Assembly (NCBI GenBank): GCA_043228905.1 | Contig: JBHGNT010000004.1 | Span: 1,488,001 to 1,552,000, forward strand | DNA length: 64,000 nt | Reading direction: 5' to 3' | Source of the DNA: Azolla caroliniana | Lineage: Eukaryota; Plantae; Polypodiophyta | Shown here: positions 53,506-64,000 of the stretch, piece by piece | Numbering within the stretch: the stretch's first letter is position 1 | Layout of the letters: each line of letters starts with the position of its first letter | Notes under the pieces: model-generated | Told to the model about the DNA's origin: nothing | Databases searched by the model: none | What the model saw: only the letters and a program-made list of their open reading frames with translations | Program-made: the position numbers and the translations under genes

Positions 53506-55814
53506 GCCATCACGCGAGTATTGTTGTGTATTTCACTTTATTGGGGGTTCTTTGAGAGATTAACTTAAGAAATACAACCGAAGTCTACTTTCTCTACGGG
53601 GGAAGAACCGCATTTGGCTCCGGTATGTAACCTTAAGTAGACATGATAATGACCCTCAAGGTTCTAAATTATACGAAAAGTTGTACACATGTTGAGAGAA
53701 ATTTCTTGTTATTTTTTCTTTCTTAATTGGGGGAGGGTAAGTTGAGTTCTTGGCTATGGCTTACAAGGCAAGGGCCTCCATTATTGCCTTGGTATTTTCA
53801 GTCTTGTAACAAGGACTTTGTATTATTATTTATACCACAAGGTTGAAGCCCATATTGGCCTTCTTCTCGTATGGTAAAGAAATGTACAAGGTGATGTCAT
53901 GATTGTAAAAATCCTTCTTTATAAAAGAACATGGTTTCTCAACTCGAGCATATTTGTTTCAAAGAAGTTCTACGTTGCACAATGAGTGAACAAATGAAAA
54001 CCCAAGGTTTGGATCTGACAAATATACTCTTGAACATGAAATGCCTTGAACTCTAATTAAGAAATCAACATATGAACTGATATCTCAAGTAATCAATACG
54101 AAAAAAGAAAGCCCATCCTACCCAATCTTACCTTCAAACAAACTTCTCTTCATTGTACTCTTCTCTAAATCATTCGACGTGAGTTCTAGTTCTTGATGCA
54201 TTGGGAATGTGCTCTATGTCTCAATAGCCCATCATGTGACATGATTGTGTGATGCTAATTTACGCAATATTTCATTCCCTTTGGACATATCCAATTTCTT
54301 CTATATGATGAACCTTGTAATCAAAGTGCTTGCTTTTCTAGCAACAAATATTGTTTGGTGTATGAGGGTCTAATTGATTTAATGACTCTAAAAAAGTTTT
54401 GTGGACACATGATAATAATGATGCTAACTCTCTAGCAATAGAGGTGCTTGTATCATGACTATTACATTGGGAGGGAAAAGAAAAACTCAAGTTTGAGTTT
54501 AATCATATGGCAAAGCTTGGCTTGGTAACTATGCAAACTTTTGTTTTGCAAATCATAGCCTTTAGGATAGTGCATGCTAGGTTTCATATACCTTCTAGAT
54601 ATGACTATATTTAGTAATTAGTTGTTACAATGTCCATTCTTGTGGCACTTGTTCCGATTCGAGATAGAGGAACCATGGGACAATTGGTTATTTGACGTTA
54701 AGAAATTGCCACTAGTTGTGCATACGATGAGGTACATCATAAGTTGATTGAAGCTCGAGCTTGATTAGTGATGAAGGTTTCACATACATGGTATACTACC
54801 TATTGTATACAATGGTGCCATTATTGTCTACTGTTCGATGAGAAAGTGTTCCTTTGACGCACAATAGTGGGTGGGTTGCATTTGGTAATGGCCTTAAAAC
54901 ACCCACATTTTCAATGGGAGGGCATGTTTTTTCTATTTAGTGACCAAGGAGGATGCCAAGCACAAATTCCTTAGATGCCCAACTTCTAAGATAATTTGGG
55001 TTATGTTTGTTATCTGTATAGGTGTACGGGATGAATAGGGTATAATGTGTATGGTGTGGTGTGTAATATGTAATATGTAATATGTAATATGTATACGGAT
55101 GTGTGAGGATGAGTATGTGTGAGCACATGCACAATTATGTGCATGTGACAAGAGTGTAACGGTCATTATTTACTGTTACATTATGTATTATATAAACCCC
55201 TTATGGGGCATGTAATGGATATACCCTTTTCCCCTCTCACATTTTATGTCATTTTCGTTTTGTCTTTCTCTCTAGCTCTCTCTCTCTCTATTGTAACCCC
55301 CTTGGGAGAAAGGCTTCACCCCCCACCCAACAATAATGTTCAGAGTGTGGAGTTTAGTTTAGGAAACCGTAACTTTACTATCATCACCATACAATGTTGT
55401 TTTTTTACTACCATTGGTATTGGATTATGTGGTATAATTGGAATTTAAGAAATGGGAACTTGGTTAAACAGTCCACAGTTGCACCTAGTCAATTAAGTAA
55501 ACTATATGTGCTATAATAGAGAGGGATGAAAGTCGAGCATTGATCTTAAGGCCTAGGTTCAATCTTGTGGGAGAGTGAGTGGAATATCGTGGATTTAATA
55601 TAGAGAATATAATCCCATATACTTATTACAAAAGTGACTTTGACACATGTTCTTCAATGAGCATGTCCATACTCCATACACAAGGGTTGAGTTTAAATTT
55701 TCAACGCTAATGGCAGGAAGAGAGGGAGTTTCTTTTATGATCGTCAAGAAGAAAGTCTTGAAGGATAGGTTGCTATCAACAAAGACCCACCACTACTAAA
55801 CATTTGCAAATTCA

Positions 55815-56387
55815 TGTTGGTGTTAAATCTGTTAGCACAACCATTTTCACTGGTAATGTTCGGGTGCAAAACACAAGAAAGTAGTACACAAGCAGAAACA
55901 CAAGAAAGTAGTACACAAGCAGAAACACAAGTTTTAACGTGGAAACCCAAATCGGGAAAAACCACTTGGAGTCCACTAACTCCAAAACAGATCACTATAT
56001 GTAGAGAGGAAGTACAACAAGAAACTCGGAGGCAACGACCTCGAGATCTTCTTCGTCAACAAACATCTGCAAAGTTACCCTCTAACTCACACACAAACAC
56101 TCTCTTTCTTTGTCTTGCACAGTTACAGAGGCCACTACCTTCTTGTAACTCACAACCTAATCATACAACAATGATCTACCACACATTACTAAAGTTTGCC
56201 CTAGTTGTATTTATACTTATACAACTTCATGGGTATTTACATACATAGCCCACATGGGGCACATTTCAACTATTTACAAATATAGTCTCCCGAGTTGGCT
56301 ATATCCTCGATTTCGGTTTTGGCCTCGGCCGAGTTACTCATAAACTCGGCTCTTCTCTTCCCATTCGGAGGGACTTGTGTCTCAACA
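55815..56387 (-). mobile_element. Possible solo LTR (Copia-like)
   Basis: TGTTG...CAACA termini, TATAAATA on the - strand at about 56208-56215, and a 27-bp internal duplication. The TSD is not clean. Confidence 0.45.
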
Positions 56388-57099
56388 AAATCAAGGGTCG
56401 TGTGACTGTGCAACAATGAAATGACGACCCTTGAAACCACCAAAAAATCTGGAGTATCGAAGGAGATGCAATTAACATGGAATTGGGTGCTACTTCAACA
56501 AGTCTCAAGATTGAAGCACTTGAAGAGACAATAATTGTGCTAGTCATGAAATCAAAATGTTTGCACGATAATATATGCTAGTATTGCATTTACAACAATC
56601 AATTTGTAAGAATTGTAAGATCACAAACACAATATCAATAAATTAATGATGGACAACAACTAGTCAAACTTAAGAAGGAAACGACTTTTTTGCACGAGAT
56701 CGAATCTAGTAAATATGGGGCGGAGTATGCCACTATGAGGATGAAATATCAATAAACAAGCATTTGATATACGAAAATATTTCGACATTTCTTCACCATT
56801 TTTAAGTTTTGACATTTTTGGTGCATATATTTATATGGATATCATGTGTTCCGGAGTAGACACATACACTTGCGTGAGCATATGAGGGGCTTTTAGAGGC
56901 ATATTTGATTAATCAGAGGGTTTATAGGTGCTTACGAAGTATGACATGCTTGAGCATGTATTGTATTGCAGGCACCTAAGAGCTTTGATTGAACTGATAC
57001 AAACACACAAATCTCAAAAGTGTGTATGTAGGGAGGTTGTCGTAGATGATATCGTAGACACATTAACACCATATCACTTGAGAGAGAGAGAGAGAGAGA

Positions 57100-57560
57100 G
57101 AAATGTTCGTCAAGGATGCCTACTTAGCCCATTGTTGTTTTCTATTGTAATCATCCCTTGTTGGTGGTATTATCAAAAGCTTGCAACTAATGGTGTCATT
57201 GTGAGTGCATCTTCTATATGGGGGCAACTAGTAGCGTGGGCTTTGCTAGATTATTCTTTCATGTTTCAATGAGGTTCATGTGAGAATCTTGATAAGGGGA
57301 TGCTTGTATAGAACCAAATTGCATTGGCATCCCTATTAGATATTAATTGGAGGATGTCTACTACCCATCATCTTATGTACTAAAAGGAAGGGATTTAGAA
57401 TATCCAGGATAGCAGTTATACATGGTTAGAAAAGACTCTATTTTTTCGACACTTGGGGTATCCATTTGGGAATTAATGTTACAGATGACCAACTGATTGA
57501 ATGGATGTGTCGCAAGTTAAGGGATGAGTTCATGTATGTATTGGAAGCCACAATCTCAGC
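57100..57560 (+). pseudogene. LINE reverse transcriptase fragment
   Basis: VRQGCLLSPLLFSI matches the RQGCPLSP motif and FRHLGYPFG follows; disrupted by stops. Confidence 0.7.
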
Positions 57561-57735
57561 CATTTTACAAGTGTGTATACATATGTATGACAGTATATAT
57601 GTCTATGTATATATCATTATGTATAATGTATGTATACAGTATATGTATGTATGTATATACATATGTATACAGTATATGTAATAATGTATGTATATGTATG
57701 TTTATATATATAGAGAGAGGGGACAGAACAGAGTC

Positions 57736-57753
57736 TTTAGGGTTTAGGGTTTT
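57736..57753. promoter_or_regulatory. Telo-box-like motif upstream of the nitroreductase ATG
   Basis: TTTAGGGTTTAGGGTTTT, the reverse complement of AAACCCTA repeats, about 50 bp before the ATG at 57802. Confidence 0.45.
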
Positions 57754-57801
57754 CGCAGGGGATTTTTGTTCCTTCTTCTTCGTCTCCTGTATATCGTTCA
57801 C

Positions 57802-60800
57802 ATGCTGCGTCTCCGAAGCTCTCGAGCTGTCAGCTATGGCGCTAGCTTTCGAAGAAAAACAACTGTATTCCCCTTCTCTGCACAAGCAGAGCTTCAAGAA
57901 ACACCATCGCCCAGCAAACCTTCATCGTCGCCATCATCACCGTCGCCCTCTTCTTCGCCTGAAGAGAACATACAAACCATATTCTCTTACCACGACAAAA
58001 CTAAGCACACAACTGCGAAATATTCGGATTCAGCGGAGGGATTGAAATGGGAAGATCAACCGCGGGCCTTTCGTCGATACAAAGGAGCGACAGATTCATC
58101 GCTACGGCATCTCCCTCCGATATATGGGATAAACACAGATCAACAATACTCTAGAAGTTTTTCAGAGTTTGTGAATCCATGCATACTTACAAAAGCGTCG
58201 GTATCTCAGCTTTTGTATGATAGTTTCTCGGTAGAGGTTTGGAAGCAAGCAGGTGATGTGAAATGGCCGCTGCGTGTGAACCCAAGCTGTGGGAATCTCC
58301 ACCCGACAGAAGTTTATGTGATTTGTCCGCCTCTGGCTGGTGTCGGAGATTCTCCTTTCATTGCACATTATCACTCGAAGATTCATTCCATGGAGATTCG
58401 CGCTGAGGTTCCTGCGGACCTTTGGAAGGATCTCACCAAAGGTTTCCCTCCAGGTACCATGTTTGTCTGCTTTTCGTCTATCTTTTGGCGACAAGCGTGG
58501 AAGTATGGAGACAGAGGGTATAGGTATTGTGAGTTAGATATAGGTCATGCTATAGGGTCTGTCACAATGGCAGGTGCAGCTATGGGTTGGGATTCATTGC
58601 TGTTAGATGGGTGGGGTAATGAGGACCTAGACCATCTTTTAGGTTTAGCGGGCCAGAAGAGGCGTCCATCTCTGGACAATTTACCTGAGAATGGTGATTA
58701 TCCCAAGAAAGGTGTATTTCCCGAACTAGAACAAGAACATGCACATTGCATTATTGCTTTCCATCCTAGCCGTGCACATCAAGAAATGACCGTCCGAGGA
58801 AAACCGGACTTCTCTGCTCGCAGCCGCCCTCGTGATGATAGTGTGTATAAGATGAACAATGTCACAGTGCCAATTGAATCACTACCGCATACATTGGGTG
58901 CCCGTATGGCCAATGTGGAATGGAAAGGAAAACCTAACAAGCTTAGCAATGAACATTTATGGTGGAATTTGATTGACAAAGCTGCTGATGCTACTGTGAA
59001 GCGATCTGAGCCACATGTTGTGAGTACAAAGCCGATGCCTCAATGGATGTCGTTTGCATCTTCGTATCTAAACCTAACACTAAGACAAATTCTTCATAAG
59101 AGGCGAAGTGCCATTGACATGGATGTGAAGTTTGTGTTGCAAAGGGAATCATTCTACCAGATGTTGTGGAAATCTATGCCTTCAGGATATAACAATCAGG
59201 TTCAAGGTGATCAGATTCAGTTCCCTTTCCGAGTGTTGCCATGGAAGTCGGAGATGCATATGGCTATTTTTGTACATAAAGTGAGTGGGCTTGCAAAGGG
59301 TCTTTACATATTGGTCAGGAATAATGACCATGAAAAGCTCTTGCGAAAAGCTCTGAGACCTGATTTCAAGTGGGAAAAACCTGAAAAGTGCCCTCAGCAT
59401 TTGCCACTTTACCTCTTAGCTGAATCCAACTGCGAATTGCTTTCCAAACAGCTACACTGTGATCAGGTCTATTTCTTCTTTGTATCTTTTTTACTCCTTT
59501 TTTGTGTTTTTGTAAATACCAAATACACGTTGTATATATATTTAGACTTTCCTTTTTCGTTTTTGGCTTTAAATTCATTTAGCAAGCTTCATGTAACTAC
59601 ATTTGGTGCATATCCTATTAAGTTTCATGTGAGCTACATATGTATATCTCTTTTTAAGACTTTTTGTGCTAAAGATGTATCATATGTCTTAACTAATCTC
59701 CATGCTAATTACATTTGGTACATGGTATATGTATTGGTAAGTTTCGTGTTAACTACATTTGGTGCATGGTATACATCATATTAAGTTTCATGTGAACTAA
59801 GGTTTTGTATTAAAGGTATGTGTTATATGTGTTCCTAAGTTTCAGGCTAACTACGTTTGGTACATGCTATGTGGTTTGCGAAGTTTCATGCTAAGTACAT
59901 TTGGTGCATGGTAGACATCCTATGAAGTTTTATGCAAGCTAAAGTATTGTGCAAAAGGTATCTGTTAAATGTCTTACTAAGTTTCATGGTAACTACATTT
60001 GGTACATGGTATACATCTTATTAAGTTTCATGAGAGCTGCCAATGTGTATATTCTGTTAAGTTTTGGTGCTAAACATATGTTATATGTGTTACTAAGTTT
60101 CAAGCTAATGACATTTGGCACATTATATATATCTAACCAAGTTTCATGCGAACCACGTAGGTATATGATATACTATGGTCCAAGCAAACTACATGAATTG
60201 TATATCTTACTAATCTTGATAAACTAAATCTGGTATATTTCTTTCTAAGCTTCATTCCAGCTATATATTATATGGATGTTTGGGTATTCTTCATTCTTAC
60301 CTACATCTAATATATATCTTACCAAGCTTCATGGTAATTGCATATTGTATACATCTTACTTCCCAAGTTCTTTGTACTAACTACATGTGCATATATGCTG
60401 TTATATCTTCCTGATTGTTGTACTTAACTATGAGTGTTTTATACACTGGCAGCATATAGTTTCCAAGGCTTCCAGCTAACTTCATTTGTTATACTTATTT
60501 GGTCTATTTTTATCCTCAGGATATAGTTGGAGATAGTTGTTTTTGCATAGCAATGATAGGGCGTTGCGATGTTATTAAGGAGCGTGGTGCGTGGATGTAC
60601 CCGCGACTCTTATGGGAGTCGGGAGTATTGGGACAACTTCTATATCTTGAGGCCCATGCAATTGGAATTTCAGGAGCAGGAATTGGGTCTTATTTTGATG
60701 ACGAAGGTTTCTTTCTTTACACATCAAATGGAAGCCGTACAATTTGATATAAATACACAACACATATCTTATCTTGTGTTTCTTTTGGTAGTTCATCGTA

Positions 60801-60958
60801 TCTTGGGGTTGAAAGATAAAGAGTTTCAAAGCCTCTACCATTTCACCATTGGATCGCCTGTGGATGACAAGCGGATCTTGAGTTTGGCTGGATATCCACC
60901 TCCTGGCTATAAACCGCCACCACCGAAGGACAGTGATTCCTATGCCAGCTTGCTTTAG
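57802..60958 (+). CDS. Nitroreductase family protein, SagB/ThcOx dehydrogenase type with tandem domains. Exons 57802-59466, 60520-60706, 60792-60958
   Basis: YHDKTKH...LKWEDQPRAFRRY, LRVNPSCGNLHPTE, WRQAWKYGDRGYRYCELDIGHA, RRSAIDMD, CDQ|DIVGDSCF, YPRLLWESGVLGQLLYLEAHA, GIGSYFDDE|VH and FQSLYHFTIG. The N-terminus resembles a transit peptide. Confidence 0.92.
59575..60400. repeat. Degenerate ~35-40 bp minisatellite in nitroreductase intron 1
   Basis: Recurring TAAGTTTCATG(C/T)TAACTACATTTGGT(A/G)CATGGTATACATC variants. Confidence 0.75.
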
Positions 60959-62420
60959 GTAAGTACTCAATAATGAAAACGGATCAGGGGGGATTTTATA
61001 CTGAAAAAAAGTTCTTTAAAAAAAGTTCATAGTGAAAAGTTCTTTAAAAATTCGTATCTTGGTGAAAGTTCTTTAAAATGAATTGTTGGCAATCTTGTAT
61101 CATTGAAGGCATGTTTCTATTTCAAGTGGTTATATGGATAAAAATAGTGGCTTGGTGTAAGTTCGATGAATCGGATTGTATAGGAGTTAATGCGACCTTT
61201 CTTATGTTCAAGTTCATTTATTTCTTAAAGCAATTTACCCCTGAATAATGTTATCATCAGCATTTGCATAGATACGATGAATGTTTAATGTATAATTTTT
61301 TGTTTTATTTTTATGGAGTCTGACAGCTAAATGATGATTTTTTGCAAAAAAGCAGGGAGTTTGGAAGACTATTCGAGATTTCCCAATTTTCTTTTGCTGG
61401 TTATTATCAACATAGTGGAAACCTTTTCATGGTGATTGATTGTATCTCGTTCTTCCTATCATCAAATGTCTTACATAGAGGAAACATTTTCATGCCTCAG
61501 CAGCAACCAAGCATAGTAAAAATGGTCTGAAAAAGAAAAAGATGTTAGTGTCACAATCCTGTTATGTGTGGAGAAGAATGTTTTGTTTTTTTACTAGTCA
61601 TAGTTGGCTTCAGGAAGTGCCATCACAAGAGGAAATCTGGAACCTCTTTAATGCACAAGTTGGAGATGATGAATGTTTTATATATAGCTTCTGTTAGCTT
61701 TGTCATCCGTCTACCATGTAGTACTGAAATTCTTGATGCCTGCTGAAATATTTTGATGATAGAAAAATGCACTTGGATTGTTCGTGGTGCAGAACCTTCA
61801 GGGAAGAAAATAGTTAGTCTTTTGGGAACTCAAATATTATTTTTTGTCACTTGGTGTATCACAGTTTAAACAGCTTACGGGTTATTAACATGGAGATGCT
61901 GAGCTATCTCGAAATTAGTCAAACAAAACCCTGAGAACTGTTTGCTGTTATGTAAAGCTAAGGTTTTAAGTTCTGTGGAATGTGTTTTAAAGATTAATTG
62001 GAAATTTTATGGGAGGTAGTGGACCTGAGTCATTTCGTCAATGGAAAATTGAAGGTATGAGATTTTAATCTATAAGGTGTGAATGGTCTATTTACTCGAA
62101 ATAAGGTCTCTGGAGGTTTTTGGAAGAGCAATACTAGAAACTATTTCACCGAAATGGGCCCTCGTGTTGTAACCTAAGTACCCTTCAAGGCAAATGAAGG
62201 TTGTAACCTAAGTACTTTATATTAAGGGGAGGATAAAACACTAGCTTGAATTAAAACACTAGGACACCATCCAAGTTGAATGATGCCTGAGTTAATCACA
62301 TAGTGAGAGTCTCTCTGTCACTCTCTTCATGTCATGTGTAAGGTATTCCCACAAACTTTATATACATGGCACATGCTACACCTCGAGCCTTATGCTATGG
62401 AGTGGAACATGGGGCCGTGA

Positions 62421-62847
62421 GATTGACGTATACTTTGATTGGTGGCCTTTTGGTCAACTATCAATCATAGAAAGCCCATCTTACAAGAGGGTGAATTTGC
62501 GTAAGTGGTGGTTTTAAGGTTAGCTGGGCTCTAAAAGAGTTGTCCCACTATTGTGCCAAGGTGTATGACTTCGTAGCAAAATATCTTACAAGTAGATAAA
62601 AATGTGGAGACTAGATAAAATAAATAGAAATGATTGACGTATACTTTGATTGGTGGCCTTTTGGTCAACTATCAATCATAGAAAGCCCATCTTACAAGAG
62701 GGTGAATTTGCGTAAGTGGTGGTTTTAAGGTTAGCTGGGCTCTAAAAGAGTTGTCCCACTATTGTGCCAAGGTGTATGACTTCGTAGCAAAATATCTTAC
62801 AAGTAGATAAAAATGTGGAGACTAGATAAAATAAATAGAAATGATTG
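62421..62847. repeat. 211-bp tandem duplication, apparently identical copies
   Basis: GATTGACGTATACTTTGATTGGTGGCC occurs at 62421 and 62632, with GATTG microhomology at the boundaries. Confidence 0.92.
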
Positions 62848-64000
62848 TCATCAATTTATATAAACAATGAAAAAACATGAATTATTGTAGATATTGGGAA
62901 AACCTTTGTTTTATCTAAATGTAATATATGTATGCTAAAAAGAAAACAATATATCATTTGGAACCCATATAAAGAAGGTGGAATTTACATCATTATCATG
63001 TAAAATAACTTTGGGGCAAATTTTCATAATTTCTATTATTTAAAAAAGAGATTGATGCTATTTCTTTCACACTAACCAAAATATTCTTCGTCACTTGAAG
63101 CTCACAATTGGGTTCATGTGTACAATGAGCCTTTGTATTGTTCCATGTTCCTCTTTGAGAACATTGTTTAGTGTAGCTCTAATATGTGTTTTCCATACTT
63201 GTAATGACCATCTTATTATATAGTCTTTAAATGTGGCCCATGGTTGACATTACTAACGTCACTTTTAGGATTTGACATGCAACCTGCAATTTCATGTTTT
63301 TCATATGACTCTAAAGTGCGCTTCCACACTTGTCATTGCCATCTTATGATGCTCTTACATGTGGTCCATGGTAAACATTACAAGCGTCCAACTTTAGGAT
63401 TTGACATGCAACCGACAAATTCATGGGATATATATAAATTATAAAAATGTCAATCTTTTTCGGATGGCAAAGTTCTAAGTTGGTTATACATTGACATTCT
63501 AAAATATTGTTGATTGTCCAAAAGTACATGAATGAGGGACTTTCATAAATCCACCGAATATGTTTTCATAAAAAATAACTTGTATTTTTCTCATAGCTAA
63601 CTGACAGAAAACATTGTAGAAAGACGATGTAATACACCACGGAAAAACTATTGGCAATGTAAACCCAAATAATATTATAGAAAGATGATATTTCTACACA
63701 TGCCAGAACATGTTCATCGAACAACATTATGTTGTTATTCGTGGTCCGATTCTTCTTTTCTTCATACTAATCTAAGCATCAAAATGTTCGTTCTACAAAA
63801 CCTCATCAAATCTGGTTGTTGTATGGATGACCACAAACCTCATTTAAGTGTATCGTTGACAACCATCAAGTTAATTTCTAACGAAAGAGTTGGTTTTGAT
63901 CTTATTCATCTTAGGAAAACCCTTCTTAATGTGCAACTAATGATACAGACAAAATAAGTATCATCCCCCTAAGTTTTGTTGTCAATGGAAATGATCCCTT

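Noticed and set aside
54960-55450. LTR-like tract with a TATA box and CT-rich stretch
   Set aside because: I could not define TG...CA termini, a TSD or a partner LTR.
59467-59784. Hydrophobic C-terminal extension of the 672-aa ORF
   Set aside because: It is read-through into intron 1; the conserved protein continues at 60520 after the CAG|GT donor at 59466.
59575-60400. CRISPR-like periodic repeats
   Set aside because: The units are degenerate with no unique spacers, there are no cas genes, and the context is a eukaryotic intron.

Overview
Eukaryotic, intron-rich land-plant nuclear DNA that is AT-rich and full of microsatellites; a fern or other non-seed plant is my inference, not proven. 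I reconstructed five spliced host genes by hand: the 3' ten exons of an organellar-type RadA/Sms gene (+), a group IIe-type WRKY factor (+), a HemK/PrmC release-factor methyltransferase (-), the glucosidase II beta subunit (+, ends in HDEL, one GC-AG intron) and a SagB/ThcOx-type nitroreductase (+). The first 8 kb holds a 7.3-kb degenerate Ty3/gypsy LTR retrotransposon (712-8049, - strand), apparently inside a RadA intron. That element carries the most unusual signals. It has a complete minimal type I hammerhead ribozyme motif (2000-2062, -), with a TATA box upstream and telomere-type repeats downstream. It has an inverted PBS (tRNA-Arg 3'-end mimic) where the polypurine tract should be, an in-frame duplicated Gag zinc knuckle, and a Copia fragment replacing RNase H/integrase. 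Intergenic DNA holds Mutator-like MITEs, L1 LINE relics, a mitochondrial-type trnfM pseudogene and many 80-310 bp tandem duplications.
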